A stretch of DNA of 64,000 bases. Source: Malacoraja senta. Its lineage: Eukaryota. Below, piece by piece: positions 50,301 to 62,300 of this stretch (the stretch's first letter is position 1; every line of letters begins with the position of its first letter). The stretch is taken from contig CM075992.1 of NCBI GenBank assembly GCA_038087875.1, forward strand, positions 498,001-562,000. The letters run 5' to 3'. Both the position numbers and the translations under genes were made by a program. The notes under the pieces are model-generated. The model saw only the letters and a list, made by a program, of their open reading frames with translations. It ran no database searches and had not been told where the DNA came from.

Positions 50301-53300
50301 AAAAAGAGGCCCCATAAACCACAATCTGGCAATGATTAGATAAATCACTCCCACATACTGCGGATGTCCATCTCCCCACTGAACCCCCACCCCCAACCCC
50401 AACTCCACCTCCACCCCCACCTCCACCCCCACCCCCAACTCCACCCCCACCTCCACCCCTAACTCCCACCCCACCCCTAACTTCACTCCACCACCAACTC
50501 CATCCCCACCCCCAACTCCACCCCCACCCCAACTCCATCCCCACTCCCACCTCCAACTCCAACCCCAACTTCACCCCCAACTCCACCCCCACCCCCAACT
50601 CCATCCCCACCCCCAACTCCACCCCCACCCCCAACTCCATCCCCAACCCCAACCCCCACCCCCAACTCCATCCCCACCCCCAACTCCACCTCCACCCCCA
50701 ACCCCAACTCCACCTCCATCCCCAACTCCACCCCCACCGCCAACCACCCCCAACTCCATCCCTACTACCACCCCCATCCCCACTTCCACCCCCATCCCCA
50801 TCCCCATCCCCACCTCCACCCTGTGCATGAGCCGGAACATCAGCAGAGAGTTGCTACCTTGGGCTTTTCTTGACGGACAGACTGTTGGAGTCATTGACCA
50901 TGGTGGAGAGCGAGAGTGTGGAGCGCGAGTAGACTTTGTTCAGTCTGGAGCCTGGAAGTAAAAGCAGAACGGCAGGCGATCAATGCTGGAAAGCAATACA
51001 AAACTAGAAATAAAAGTTTAGAGATACAGCGCGGATACAGGCCCTTCGGCCCACGGAGTCCGTGGCGGGCAGCGATCCCCGCATGCTAACACGTACACAC
51101 TAGGGACAATTTACAATGTTATCAAGCCAATTAACCTGCAAACCTGTACATCTTTGGAGTGTGAGGGGAAACCAAAGATGGCACGATGGTGCAGCAGGTA
51201 GAGCTGCTGTCTCACAGAGCCAGAGTCCCGGGTTCGATCCTGACTACAGGCGCTGTCTGTACGGAGTTTGTACGTTCTCCCCGTGACATGCGTGGGTTTT
51301 CTCCGGGTGCTCCGGTTTCCTCCCACACTCCAAAGACGTACAGGTTTGTAGGTTAATTGGCTTTGGTAAAAAATTGTAAATTGTCCCTAGTTCCTCCCCT
51401 GTGGGGCAGAGAGAGGTCAGAACCACTCCTCGCCCCAACCTCCCCTCTCCCCTCAGAACCACTCGCTTGCTGTACCCCCCCCGCGTACCCTGTAGCCATG
51501 TGTTAGTGAGCGGCAATCGCTGGTCGGCACGGACTCAGTGGGCCGAAGGGCCTGTTTCCGTGCTGTATATCTAAACTAAACTAACAGAGGCCACCTGCCC
51601 CACAGTTGTAGTTGAGGGGTTCTGCCACTGGAGGGAGCGTTGAGAACCTATCATGACACTGTAGGTAGACAAAATTGCTGGAGAAACTCAGCGGGTGCAG
51701 CAGCATCTATGGAGCGAAGGAAATAGGCAACGTTTTGGGCCGAAACCCTTCTTCAGACTTCAACACTGTAGTGTTGGCATCATTGAAACATTCATGGGCG
51801 CTGCAATGATGCAGGAACAGGGCATCTACACAGGAAGATCCCGTTAATAGGGATAGGAAAACAACCAGACTATCACTTTCACCGCCGTTTAGAATGGGCG
51901 ATCGATGGTTGGCGTGGACTGGGTGGGCCGAAGGGCCTGTTTCCGCGCTGAATCTCACGAATCAAGAGTGTTTTACTGTCAATAGACACAAGAAGCTGGA
52001 CTCACGCAGAATGACTCAGCGGGACAGGCAGCATCTCTGGACAGATGGAATGGGTCGAGACGCAGAAATCTGTGCCTCAGGTCATCTGCAAGATGATTGA
52101 TTGGCTGCCATTTGGAGGATAGGTGGCACAGCGGTAGAGCTGCTGCCTTATAACGCCAGAGACCCGGGTTCGATCCTGACCACGGGTGCTGTCTGTGCGG
52201 AGTTTGTACGTTCTCCCCGTGACCTGCGTGAGTTATCTCCGGGTGCTCCGGTTTCCACCCACATTCCAGGTTTGTAGGTTAATTGGTTTCGGTAAAAATT
52301 GTAAATTGTCCCTAGTGTGTGTAGGATAGTGTTAGTGTGTAGGGATCGCTGGTTGGTGCGGTCAGAGAAGGCAGGGGAATGGGGTTAGGAGGGAGAGATA
52401 GATCAACCATGATTGAATGGCAGAGTGGACTTGATGGGCCGAATGGCCTAATTCTACTCCTATTCCTTATGACCTTATGGACTGCGTGGGCCAAAGAGCC
52501 TGTTTCCGCGTTGTATCTCTACACTAAAGTGCAACCCACCTAGAAGCCCCTTGACGGGACTGCGGGTCAGGACAGAGTCATCCCGAAAGACGGAGGATTT
52601 GGGACGGGGCTTCCTCCCTTGGTTTGCGGGAGACTTTGCTCTCAGGACCTTGCCCAGGTCGTCCATCACCTTCAGCTGCTGCCGCCGCAGGTACTCCTCT
52701 TTGATGAAGTTCTTCTCTGGTCGCTCCTCCACCTGTTGCCTGAAATCAAACAGCTCAGCAATTAAAACCCAAACATCTCCGTACATTTTACACTCCACCC
52801 CCACTCTCACAGTGGAGCAGCGGTAGAGTTGCTGCCTCACAGCGCCAGAGACCCGGGTTCCATCCTGACAACGGGTGCTGTCTGTACGGAGTTTGTACCT
52901 TCTCCCCATGACCTGCGTGGGTTTTCTCCGGGTGCCCCGGTTTCCTCCCACACTCCAAGGACGAGCAGGTTTGAAGGTTAATTGGCTTCTGAACATTGTC
53001 GCTAGTGTGTAGGATAGGACTTGTGTATGGGGCGATCATGGTTAGCATGGATTCAGTGGGCCGAAGGGCCTGTTTCTGCAGTGTATCTCTAAATCAAACT
53101 AAACTAATCTAAAGCCTTGTCTACAGTGTTGTCAGGGACTTGCTCCAAAGTAATACAAGGCAGGATTGTGCAGGAAGGAACTGCAGATGCTGGTTTAAAC
53201 TGAAGATAGGCACAAAGTGCTGGAGTAACTCAGTATCTCTGGAAGAAAGGAATTGGTGACGTTTCAGGTTGAGACCCTTGTTCTGTCTGAGAGTCGGAGA

Positions 53301-56300
53301 AAGGGAACGAGAGATATAGACGGTGACGTAGAGAGCTCTAGACGGTGACGTAGAGAGGTCTAGACGGTGATGTAGAGAGGTCTAGACGGTGACGTAGAGA
53401 GGGACCGCATTATAATCCCTCACCTGGTCTGCTCTTTCTCCGCATCCAACCACAGTCGCCTCTTCCTGAACTCCTCCGTACGTTTCTGCTGCTTCTCCAT
53501 CAGAGCGGCTCTCTTCAAAGCCATCTCCTCTTCCGCCTTGGCCTCATCCTGTTGCAAGTTGGCACAGAATTACAAAACATCTCAGAAATAGTCCTGTTGT
53601 AGCCTTTGGCTTCAATTTAAAAGCAGCTGGTGGATCAACCTTAGGTCGAGTGTGTGGGGACCAGTTCCAATAACCCGAGCGTGAATGTTTTAGAAACAAC
53701 GAGGTTATTGTCAACGCTCAGCAGGTCAGGCAGCATTTGTGGAGAGAGGAACTGCCTCAGTGTTTCAATCAGCTCCATCCAAGACTGCAAGAAACTGCAG
53801 CATATGGTAGACGCAGCCCAGACCATCGCACAAACCAACCTCCCTCCCATTGACTCCATCTACACCTCACACTGCCTCGGCAAGGCCAGCAGCCCAGACC
53901 ATCGCACAAACCAACCTCCCTCCCATTGACTCCATCTACACATCACGCTGCCTCGGCAAGGCCAGCAGCAGCATCAAGGACGAGTCGCACCCTGGCCACT
54001 CCCCCTTCTCCTCTGTCCTATCGGGCAAAAGGTACAGAAGTGTGAAAACGCACACCTCCAGATTCAGGGACAGTTTCTTCCCAGCTTTTATCAGTCAACT
54101 GAACCATCCTACCACAACTAGAGAGCGGTCCTGAACTACTATCTACCTCATTCGTGACCCTCGGACTATCCTTGATCGGACTTTGCTGGCTTTACCTTGC
54201 ACTAAATGTTATTCCCTTATCATGTATCTGTACACTGTGGACGGCTCGATTGTAATCATGTGTTGGTCTTTCCGCTGACTGGTTAGCACACAACAAATGC
54301 TTTTCACTGTACCTCGGTCCACGTGACAATAAACTAAACTGAAACTGATCAATGGCTTTACAAATGTGGACCAGTAATATGTTGGACACAGCCCACCTGG
54401 AAGAAATGGGACTCCTCCTAATAGACAAACAAGACCAATTCTTAACGAGTTGATCTCCATTTATTGATTTTTTGGATTCACGTGGTGCAACAGTATCGTA
54501 AAAATTAAAAGTTTCAGGTATGGGTGAAAGATGATCAAGAATCTAAAAACGCTTGTGGCGAGTGGATAATCTCCCTCCTGCTTCACTTTCCTACTTATTT
54601 CTTTTCTTTACTAGCTCTTTTTCTCTCCTTTTTTTTCCTTCTCCCCCACACACACCAGACTTTCCTCTATTCTTTACTATCTCTTTCTTTCTTATCTCTC
54701 TCTCTTAAAAAAAAAAGGAAGTTGTACAGAGAATGTATTATGGTAACATAATTTTGGGAACCTGTAAAAGGCACCACTGTATTGTACTTACTTCTAATAA
54801 ATAAAATGTTTCAAAAATAATAATTTAAAAATGGCTTTACACGAGAAAGCCAAATGATTCCAATGTTAAGCGTTGACTCTCCACGGATGGTGCCCGACCT
54901 GCTGTGTATTCCTGCTTTGAATTTTAGCATCAATAATCGATTATAATTATTGCTTTCCAATAATCGCTATTTTTCTATATGACTTGGCCATTGATTAAAT
55001 CGATTATATGTGTCTACATAGGTCCCTTTATTCAATAAAGGAGGCACTGTCATGGGAGACAACCCAGACAAGTTCCACCAAGTAATTCCTGGAATGTTGG
55101 TGTTGTTCCATTGCAAGTGACCACGAAAGTTACAGAAGCAAGGAACTGCAGATGCTGGTTTACAAAAAAACGACACAAAGTGCTGGAGTAACTCAGCAGG
55201 TCTGCGGAGAACATGGACACGTGATGTTTTGGGTCAGGATCCCTTGATCAGGCAATGAGACTAAAGAAGGGTTTCGATCCAACACCTCACCCATTCATGT
55301 TTTCCGGAGATGTTGCCTGACCCGCCGAGTTACTCCAGCACTTTGTGTCTTTTTTTGTTGTAAACCAACACCTGCAGTTCCTTGTTTCCAGCCAAAGTTA
55401 ATGTTTACATTCAGTTCCGACAGGATTCTGGTCATTCTGGTCTGACGAGGAGTAATTTAAATAAAAACACCAGCGCGGGCCACTCAGTGGTGACTATTTT
55501 TGTAGCAATCTTTTGTGGTGGTGGCAACGAAGGCGGCCTTACCCCTTGTACCGGCCTTACCCCGTGTACCGACCTTACAGTGGGCTGTACGGATCCGTAC
55601 CGGCACCATTCACTGCTACCATCACTTCCTAATGACACTACAATCACCCTGTGCCTCGGCTCATTGCCGTCTACTGGAGTCAACTGTGAATTCACCAATA
55701 CTTAGACAACTTGCTAATTTTGTTCTTCTCGTTTTACCCACCATCCCTCTTTCCCTTCTCCAACATTCCTGTCTCCCTCGACGTGATCCCACCACCAGTC
55801 ACGTCTTCCCATCCCACCTCGTTCTGCCTTCTGCAGAGACCACTGCCTCTGCAACCCCTTCCAACCAAACCAAGCGCTTTCACCTGCAACCTGCTGGAGA
55901 TGCAACACCTGTCCCGATACCACCTGTGTGTAGGATAGTGTTAGAGTGCGGGGATCGCTGGTCGGCACGGACCCGGTGGGCCGAAGGGCCTGTTTCCGCG
56001 CAGTATATCTAAACTAAACAAACTGTGCCAGAGGAGGGAGTTCTGTGGACAGGCGACCAATAGCTTGACTGGGTGTTTGAAGCGGTTCTTAAAAAGAGCA
56101 AAGAGGGTCCTAACCCTATATCTAACCAAAGGACACACATTAAAAAACACGCCCAGTCAGTGCCCACATTGCCCAGTGTGTGCGGAAGGTAATGCAGCAA
56201 GGAACAGAACCAAGGGCTACCAACCTTGAAGAAGAAGCCCACGGACTTGGTTTCCGAGTCCACTTGTTCGCTTGTAGAGTCTTCAGTTCCCTCTAGCTCA

Positions 56301-59300
56301 TCGTCACCATCTTCCAGCCCTTTCAAGGAAGACAGCGGTATCTCGATTAAACTAGTCCTTTTGGCAGAGGAAGGGTTGTCCTTCTTTTCCACGTCGGGCT
56401 GCCCGTCCACTTGCTCGCTGGACTTTTGAGGTACAATTGGCCCGACCGGCCTGAGGTTGCCCACGTTCTCCAGGTCATTGCCTCGGCTGTTGACCTTAGC
56501 CACTGGGCCAACCGGCCTCACCTTTGACCTGGCGTCAATATCAGGGTCCTGGACATCTCCGAAGCAGATGGAAGACTTGGTCTGGACGGTCACTTGACTC
56601 GGGGAGAATTTGCGGAGGTGGGGCAGCGAGTCCACGTGCTGGGGTGGGGTGAGGACGCGGGTCAAGTGCGGGATTTTCAGCTCCACGGGTCTGTTGTGGC
56701 GCGGACTCTTTGGAGGGGTGGGGTGGGCCTTCTGTGCTGCCTGAGGGGAGCGGGTGGCAGAGGAGGCGGGCTTGCGGGAGGGCGAGGGGGAAGGGGCGGG
56801 AAAATCGGCGGAGCGGGGGGGCTGGAAGTCGCGGGGCGCCCGCTGACCGGAGGACTTGGGGGCGGGGATGACCCAAGCATGGGAGTTCTTCGGCTCCATC
56901 AGGGTGTCCTGTTGCTGCTGCAACCTCTGCATGTCCATCTGGAGAGAGGACAAGGCTGAGTTCAGCTTGGCCACCGCGTTGTTGTACTCCCCTACGTCCG
57001 CCTCCGTCTCGGGCTCCCGTGGCGGGTCCAAGACCTTCAGCTTCACGTGTTTGGCCTCTGGGTTCTTGCTCGGGCTCTCCGCGGTTGTGCCGGCCGGAGT
57101 AGGTGGACTGTCCACTTCCTCCTCATCCTCGATCTTCGACAGCCTTTCCTCCAGCGACAGTTTCCTCTCGCCACTCTCGGCCGAGATGCTGCTCTCCGTC
57201 GCCTCGACGCCCTCCTCTTTCTTCTTCAGCTGCAGGAAGGCGCTCTTCCCCAGCCTCTGCCGGTGCTTGGCGAAGATGGCCTCAATCCTCTTCTTCTGCG
57301 CCTCGATAGCCCGCCGTTTCTCCTCCAGGCGGATGCCCAGCTGGTTCATCTCGGTGGCCAGCGCCTGGTTCCGGCTTGGACTCTCGTCGGACCTCTGGAC
57401 CCAGCTGGCCATGGCCTGGTCGTTCAGGTCCACGCTGTCCGGAGTGGTCTTCTGCGAGACAGTGGACCTGCCCTCTGCCGGACTGACCTTCCTCATCTTC
57501 CTCTCCGCAAAGCTGGTCATCTTCACGCCGGAGCCCGACGAGCCCACGCTCTCCGCCTGCGAGCTGAGCGAGCTGAGGCACGACGTGCACTCGTCTTTGC
57601 TCGTCCCGTCCTTCTCCAGGGCCGGCCTGGAAGAGTCGTCCGCGTCCGAGTCCAGGCTGTTGTCTCTCAGGACCGAGTCATCGTCCCGGGAGCAGATCCC
57701 ATCTTCTGACGGGAGGTCCCCACTGTTGGCCTGGCAACCGCCTGTGGCTGGGATTCCCGAATCCTTCCCCGAGTTGGAGGACTTGCAGGAACCCTCCTGG
57801 TCAAACCTGGTATCGTTGGGTTTGGGAAAGCCTTCAGCCAGGTTGGGCCCGTGAAGGAAGAACCCGTCCGGTGCTCCCTCGGGTCGAAGCCTGGGCTCCA
57901 GTTTATCTGCGTTGTGAATGATCTTCAACGCCTCTTCAATGGTGGGCAACTCAATGTGGTCATCGGACACCCCGTTTTCAACCGGCCTCTGGAGCCCTGG
58001 ATGGTCCTTGGCCACTGGCGGACGTTTCCTTGACACCATTGGAGACATGACCAGCCCGTTCTCGTTGCCCAGGGCATCATCCTTGACCGGCTCCTGGCCA
58101 CAGCCGTAGGGTGCTCCTGGTAGAACACCGTGCGATCGGTAGGTATTGGCGGTCAGACTGTCGGAGCTGACGGACCTCTTTAATCCGATGGGATTGCCCA
58201 TGACCACGTCCACATCGCTGTCCAGCCCGAAGGGAATGCTGAAGGAGATGGCCTCCGAGAGCGGTCTGCTGAACAGAAGAGTCAAAGGTCATAAGTCATA
58301 GGAGCAGAATCAGGCCATTCAGCCCATCAAGGTCTACTCTGCCATTTCAATCATGGCTGATCTATTTTTCTCTCTCAACCCCAATTTGCTAATTTCTCTA
58401 AGTAATTCCACGTTGCTTGATTCTTTAAGACTTAAGAACAGCATCAGGCCATTCAGCCCATCAAGTCTATTCCGCCATTCAATCATGGCTGATCTATCTT
58501 TCCCTCTCAACCCCATTCTCTTGCCTTCTCCCCATAACCCCTGACACCCGCACTAATTAAGAATCTATCAATCTATCCACTGACGGCCTCTGCAGCAATT
58601 AATTCAACAGATGTGGTGTGTGGTTCGGTTCAGTTCAGTGGAGTGGAGTGGAGTGGGGTGGAGTGGAGTGGAGTGGGGTGGAGAGGAGTGGGGTGGAGTG
58701 GAGTGGAGTGGAGTGGAGAGGAGTGGAGAGGAGTGGGGTGCAGTGGAGTGGAGTGGAGTGGAGTGGGGTGGGGTGGAGTGGAGTGCAGTGCAGTGGAGTG
58801 GGGTGGGGTGGAGTGGAGTGGAGTGGAGAGGAGTGGAGTGGAGTGGAGAGGAATGGAGTGGGGTGGAGTGGAGTGGAGTGGAGTGTAGTGCAGTGGAGTG
58901 GGGTGGGGTGGAGTGGAGTGGAGAGAAGTGGAGTGGGGTGGAGTGGAGTGCAGTGCAGTGGAGGGGGTGGGGTGGAGTGGAGTGGAGTGGAGTGGGGTGG
59001 AGTGGAGTGGAGAGGAGTGGAGTGGGGTGGAGTGGAGTGCAGTGCAGTGGAGGGGGGTGGGGTGGAGTGGAGTGTAGTGGGGTGGAGTGGAGTGGAGAGG
59101 AGTGGAGTGGGGTGGAGTGGAGAGGAGTGGGGTGGAGTGGAGTGGAGTGGGGTGGAGTGGGGTGGAGTGGAGTGGAGAGGAGTGTAGTGGAGTGTAGTGT
59201 AGTGTAGTGTAGTGCAGTGGAGTGGAGTGGAGTGTAGTGGAGTGGAGTGGAGTGGGGTGGAGTGTGGTGGAGTGGAGTGGAGTGTAGTGTAGTGGGGTGG

Positions 59301-62300
59301 AGTGGAGTGGAGTGGGGTGGAGTGGAGAGGAGTGGGGTGGAGTGGAGTGGAGTGGAGTGGGGTGGAGTGGGGTGGAGTGGGGTGGGGTGGAGTGGAGTGG
59401 GGTGGGGTGGAGTGGGGTGGGGTGGAGTGGAGTGGAGTGGAGTGGAGTGGAGTGGAGTGGAGTGGGGTGGGGTGGAGTGGAGTAAACACTGCGGAGGTGC
59501 AGCGTTGCTTGATCTCAAGGGAAACAGGCAGGATACTGTCCCTCTCGCTGGCTCACACTCAAACAGCTCCTCCACCAAGCCCACAGTCTGGTAGAGCCCA
59601 CACTCCCCTCCTGTCTGACGATGGGTGTCGGCCCGAAACGTTGCCTATTCCTTCTCCATAGATGCTGCTCCATAGATGCTGCCTCACCCGCTGAGTTTCT
59701 CCAGCACTTTTGTCTACCTCCCCTCCTGGGATAAATAAAGTGTTATTGTACACTACACTACGCCAAACTACAATGAACTAATGAAAACTAAACTTATAAC
59801 CCCCCCCCCCCCCCACCCGGCTACATTCACCACGATGTAATTACCTCATCAGCTGTTTCTTGGTCCAGGCTTTCCCAAAGGAATCGACTTGTGACATTGA
59901 AGTGGAGTGATGCAGCGGCCCTGGGAAGACAGGGAGAGATCGGCAATGTTTGCGTTTAAACAGATTAACAAATGGTCAGAGATTCACCTCGGCCGTTGTT
60001 TTGATTCTGCATTATATTTCATCTTTATTATTTATTGATCTATTTTTTGTATATTTATTATATTTTCTACAGAGAACTGGGTTTACAGATTTGTTGTGGA
60101 AGGAACTGCAGATGCTGGTTTAAACCGAAGATAGACACAGAGTGCTGGAGTAACTCAGCGGGACAGGCAGCATCTCTGGAGAGAAGGAATGGGTAACGTT
60201 TCAGGTCGAGACCCTTCTTCAGACACATGTTTACATATCTGTTTGCTCTCAACCCCATTCTCATTCCTTCTCCCCATAACCCCTGACACCTGCACTAATC
60301 AATAATCTATCTATCTCTGACTTGGCCTCCACAGCCTTCTGTGGCAATGAATTCCACAGGTTCACCACCCTCTGACTAGAAATCTCCTTCCTAAAGGTAC
60401 ATCCTTTTATTCTAAGGCTATGACCTCTGGTCCTAGACTCTCCCACTAGTGGAAACATCCTCTCCACATCCACTCTATCCAGGCCTTTGATAAAGATGTG
60501 ACAATTGACACATTCTCACAGCCTTTTTTGTCCTTTCCATCTCTGGCTTTTACCCAATTTTCTGCCTATCAACTCTCTCGCCTACATCCACCTATCACTT
60601 GCCTAGCTTTGTCCTGCCCCCACCTCTCCACCAGATTTCTTTCATCTACTAAAATCAGTCCGAAGAAGGATGATAACTGGTCAGTGTGGAGTCGGTGGGC
60701 CAGAGGATTTGTTCATAGCAAAAGGATTTGAGTATAAGAGCAGGGAGGTTCTACTGCAGTTGTACAGGGTCTTGGTGAGACCACACCTGGAGTATTGCGT
60801 ACAGCTTTGGTCTCCCTAATCTGAGGAAAGACATTCTTGCCATAGAGGGAGTACAGAGAAGGTTCACCAGACTGATTCCTGGGATGTCAGGACTTTCATA
60901 TGAAGAAAGACTGGATAGACTCGGCTTGTACTCGCTAAAACTTAGAAGATTGAGGGAGGATCTTATAGAAACTTACAAAATTCTTAAGGGGTTGGACAGG
61001 CTAGATGCAGGAAGATTGTTCCCGATGTTGGGGAAGTCCAGAACAAGGGGTCACAGTTTAAAGATTAAGGGGAAATCCTTTAGGACCGAGATGAGAAAAA
61101 CATTTTTCACACAGAGAGTGGTGAATCTCTGGAATTCTCTGCCACAGAGGGTAGTTGAGGCCAGTTCATTGGCTATATTTAAGAGGGAGTTAGATGTGGC
61201 CCTTGTGGCTAAAGGGATCAGGGGGTATGGAGAGAAGGCAGGTACAGGATACTGAGTTGGATGATCAGCCATGATCATATTGAATGGCGGTGCAGGCTCG
61301 AAGGGCCGAATGGCCTCCTCCTGCACCTATTTTCTATGTTTCCTGACCCGAAGAGTCACCTATCCATCTTCTCCACAGATGCTGCCCGACCCGCTGGGTT
61401 ACTTCTGCATTGTGTCACAGAGTGATACAGCGTGGAAACAGGCCCTTCGGCCCAACTTGCCCACACCGGCCAACATGTCCCAGCTACACTAGTCCCACCT
61501 CCCTGTGCTTGGCCCATATCCCTCCAAACCTGTCCTATCCATGTGCCTGTCTAACTGTTTCTTAAATGTTGGGATAGTCCCCGCCTCAACTACCTCCTCT
61601 GGCAGCTTGTTCATTACACCCACCCTCTGTGTGAAAAAGTTACCCCTCAGATTCCTATTAAATCTTTCCCCTATGACCTGATACCCATGTCCTCTGGTCC
61701 TCGATTCACCGATTCTGGGCAAGAGCATTGTGTCCTTTAATGATTTACACGGCCAACATTCCCCACTGAGTTTCACTCCGGCACCTTTGTTATTGTTTCT
61801 GGGTGGGACTATGGAGCAAATCAGAAGTTTCAGCCATGCAGAAAAACACACTGTAATCCTCAGTGGGTTTTATTAAACTGCCACAGGTAAACAAACCACT
61901 GTTGTAAACCACTGGAAAACAAATATCCAAACTGAGAAGATATCATTAGCCTTCAGCCAGCTCACAGAGTGAGTCAATTTGATACCGAATAGTGATGTTT
62001 CCGAATGGTGGATACATCCACTAGTGGGAGAGTCTAGGACCAGAGGTCTCAGTCTCAGAATTAAAGGACCTTCCTTTAGGAAGATGAGGAGGTGTTTCTT
62101 TCATCAGAGGGTGGTGAATCTGCGGAATTCATCGCCACAGAAGGCTTTGGAGGTCGTCATTAGGTATTTTCTAAAGAGGAGATAGATAGATTCTTGATTA
62201 GTACGGGTGTCAGGGGTTATGGGGAGAAGGCAGGAGAATGGGGTTGAGAGGGAAAGATAATTGCATGGCGGAGTAGACTTGATGGGCCGAATGGCCTAAT

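Noticed and set aside
56856..57854. 332-aa and 220-aa + strand ORFs
   Set aside because: Antisense shadows of the GC-rich CAMSAP3 exon; no recognisable protein.
58604..59661. STPLH/WSGVE-repeat ORFs
   Set aside because: Translations of the (GGAGT)n microsatellite.
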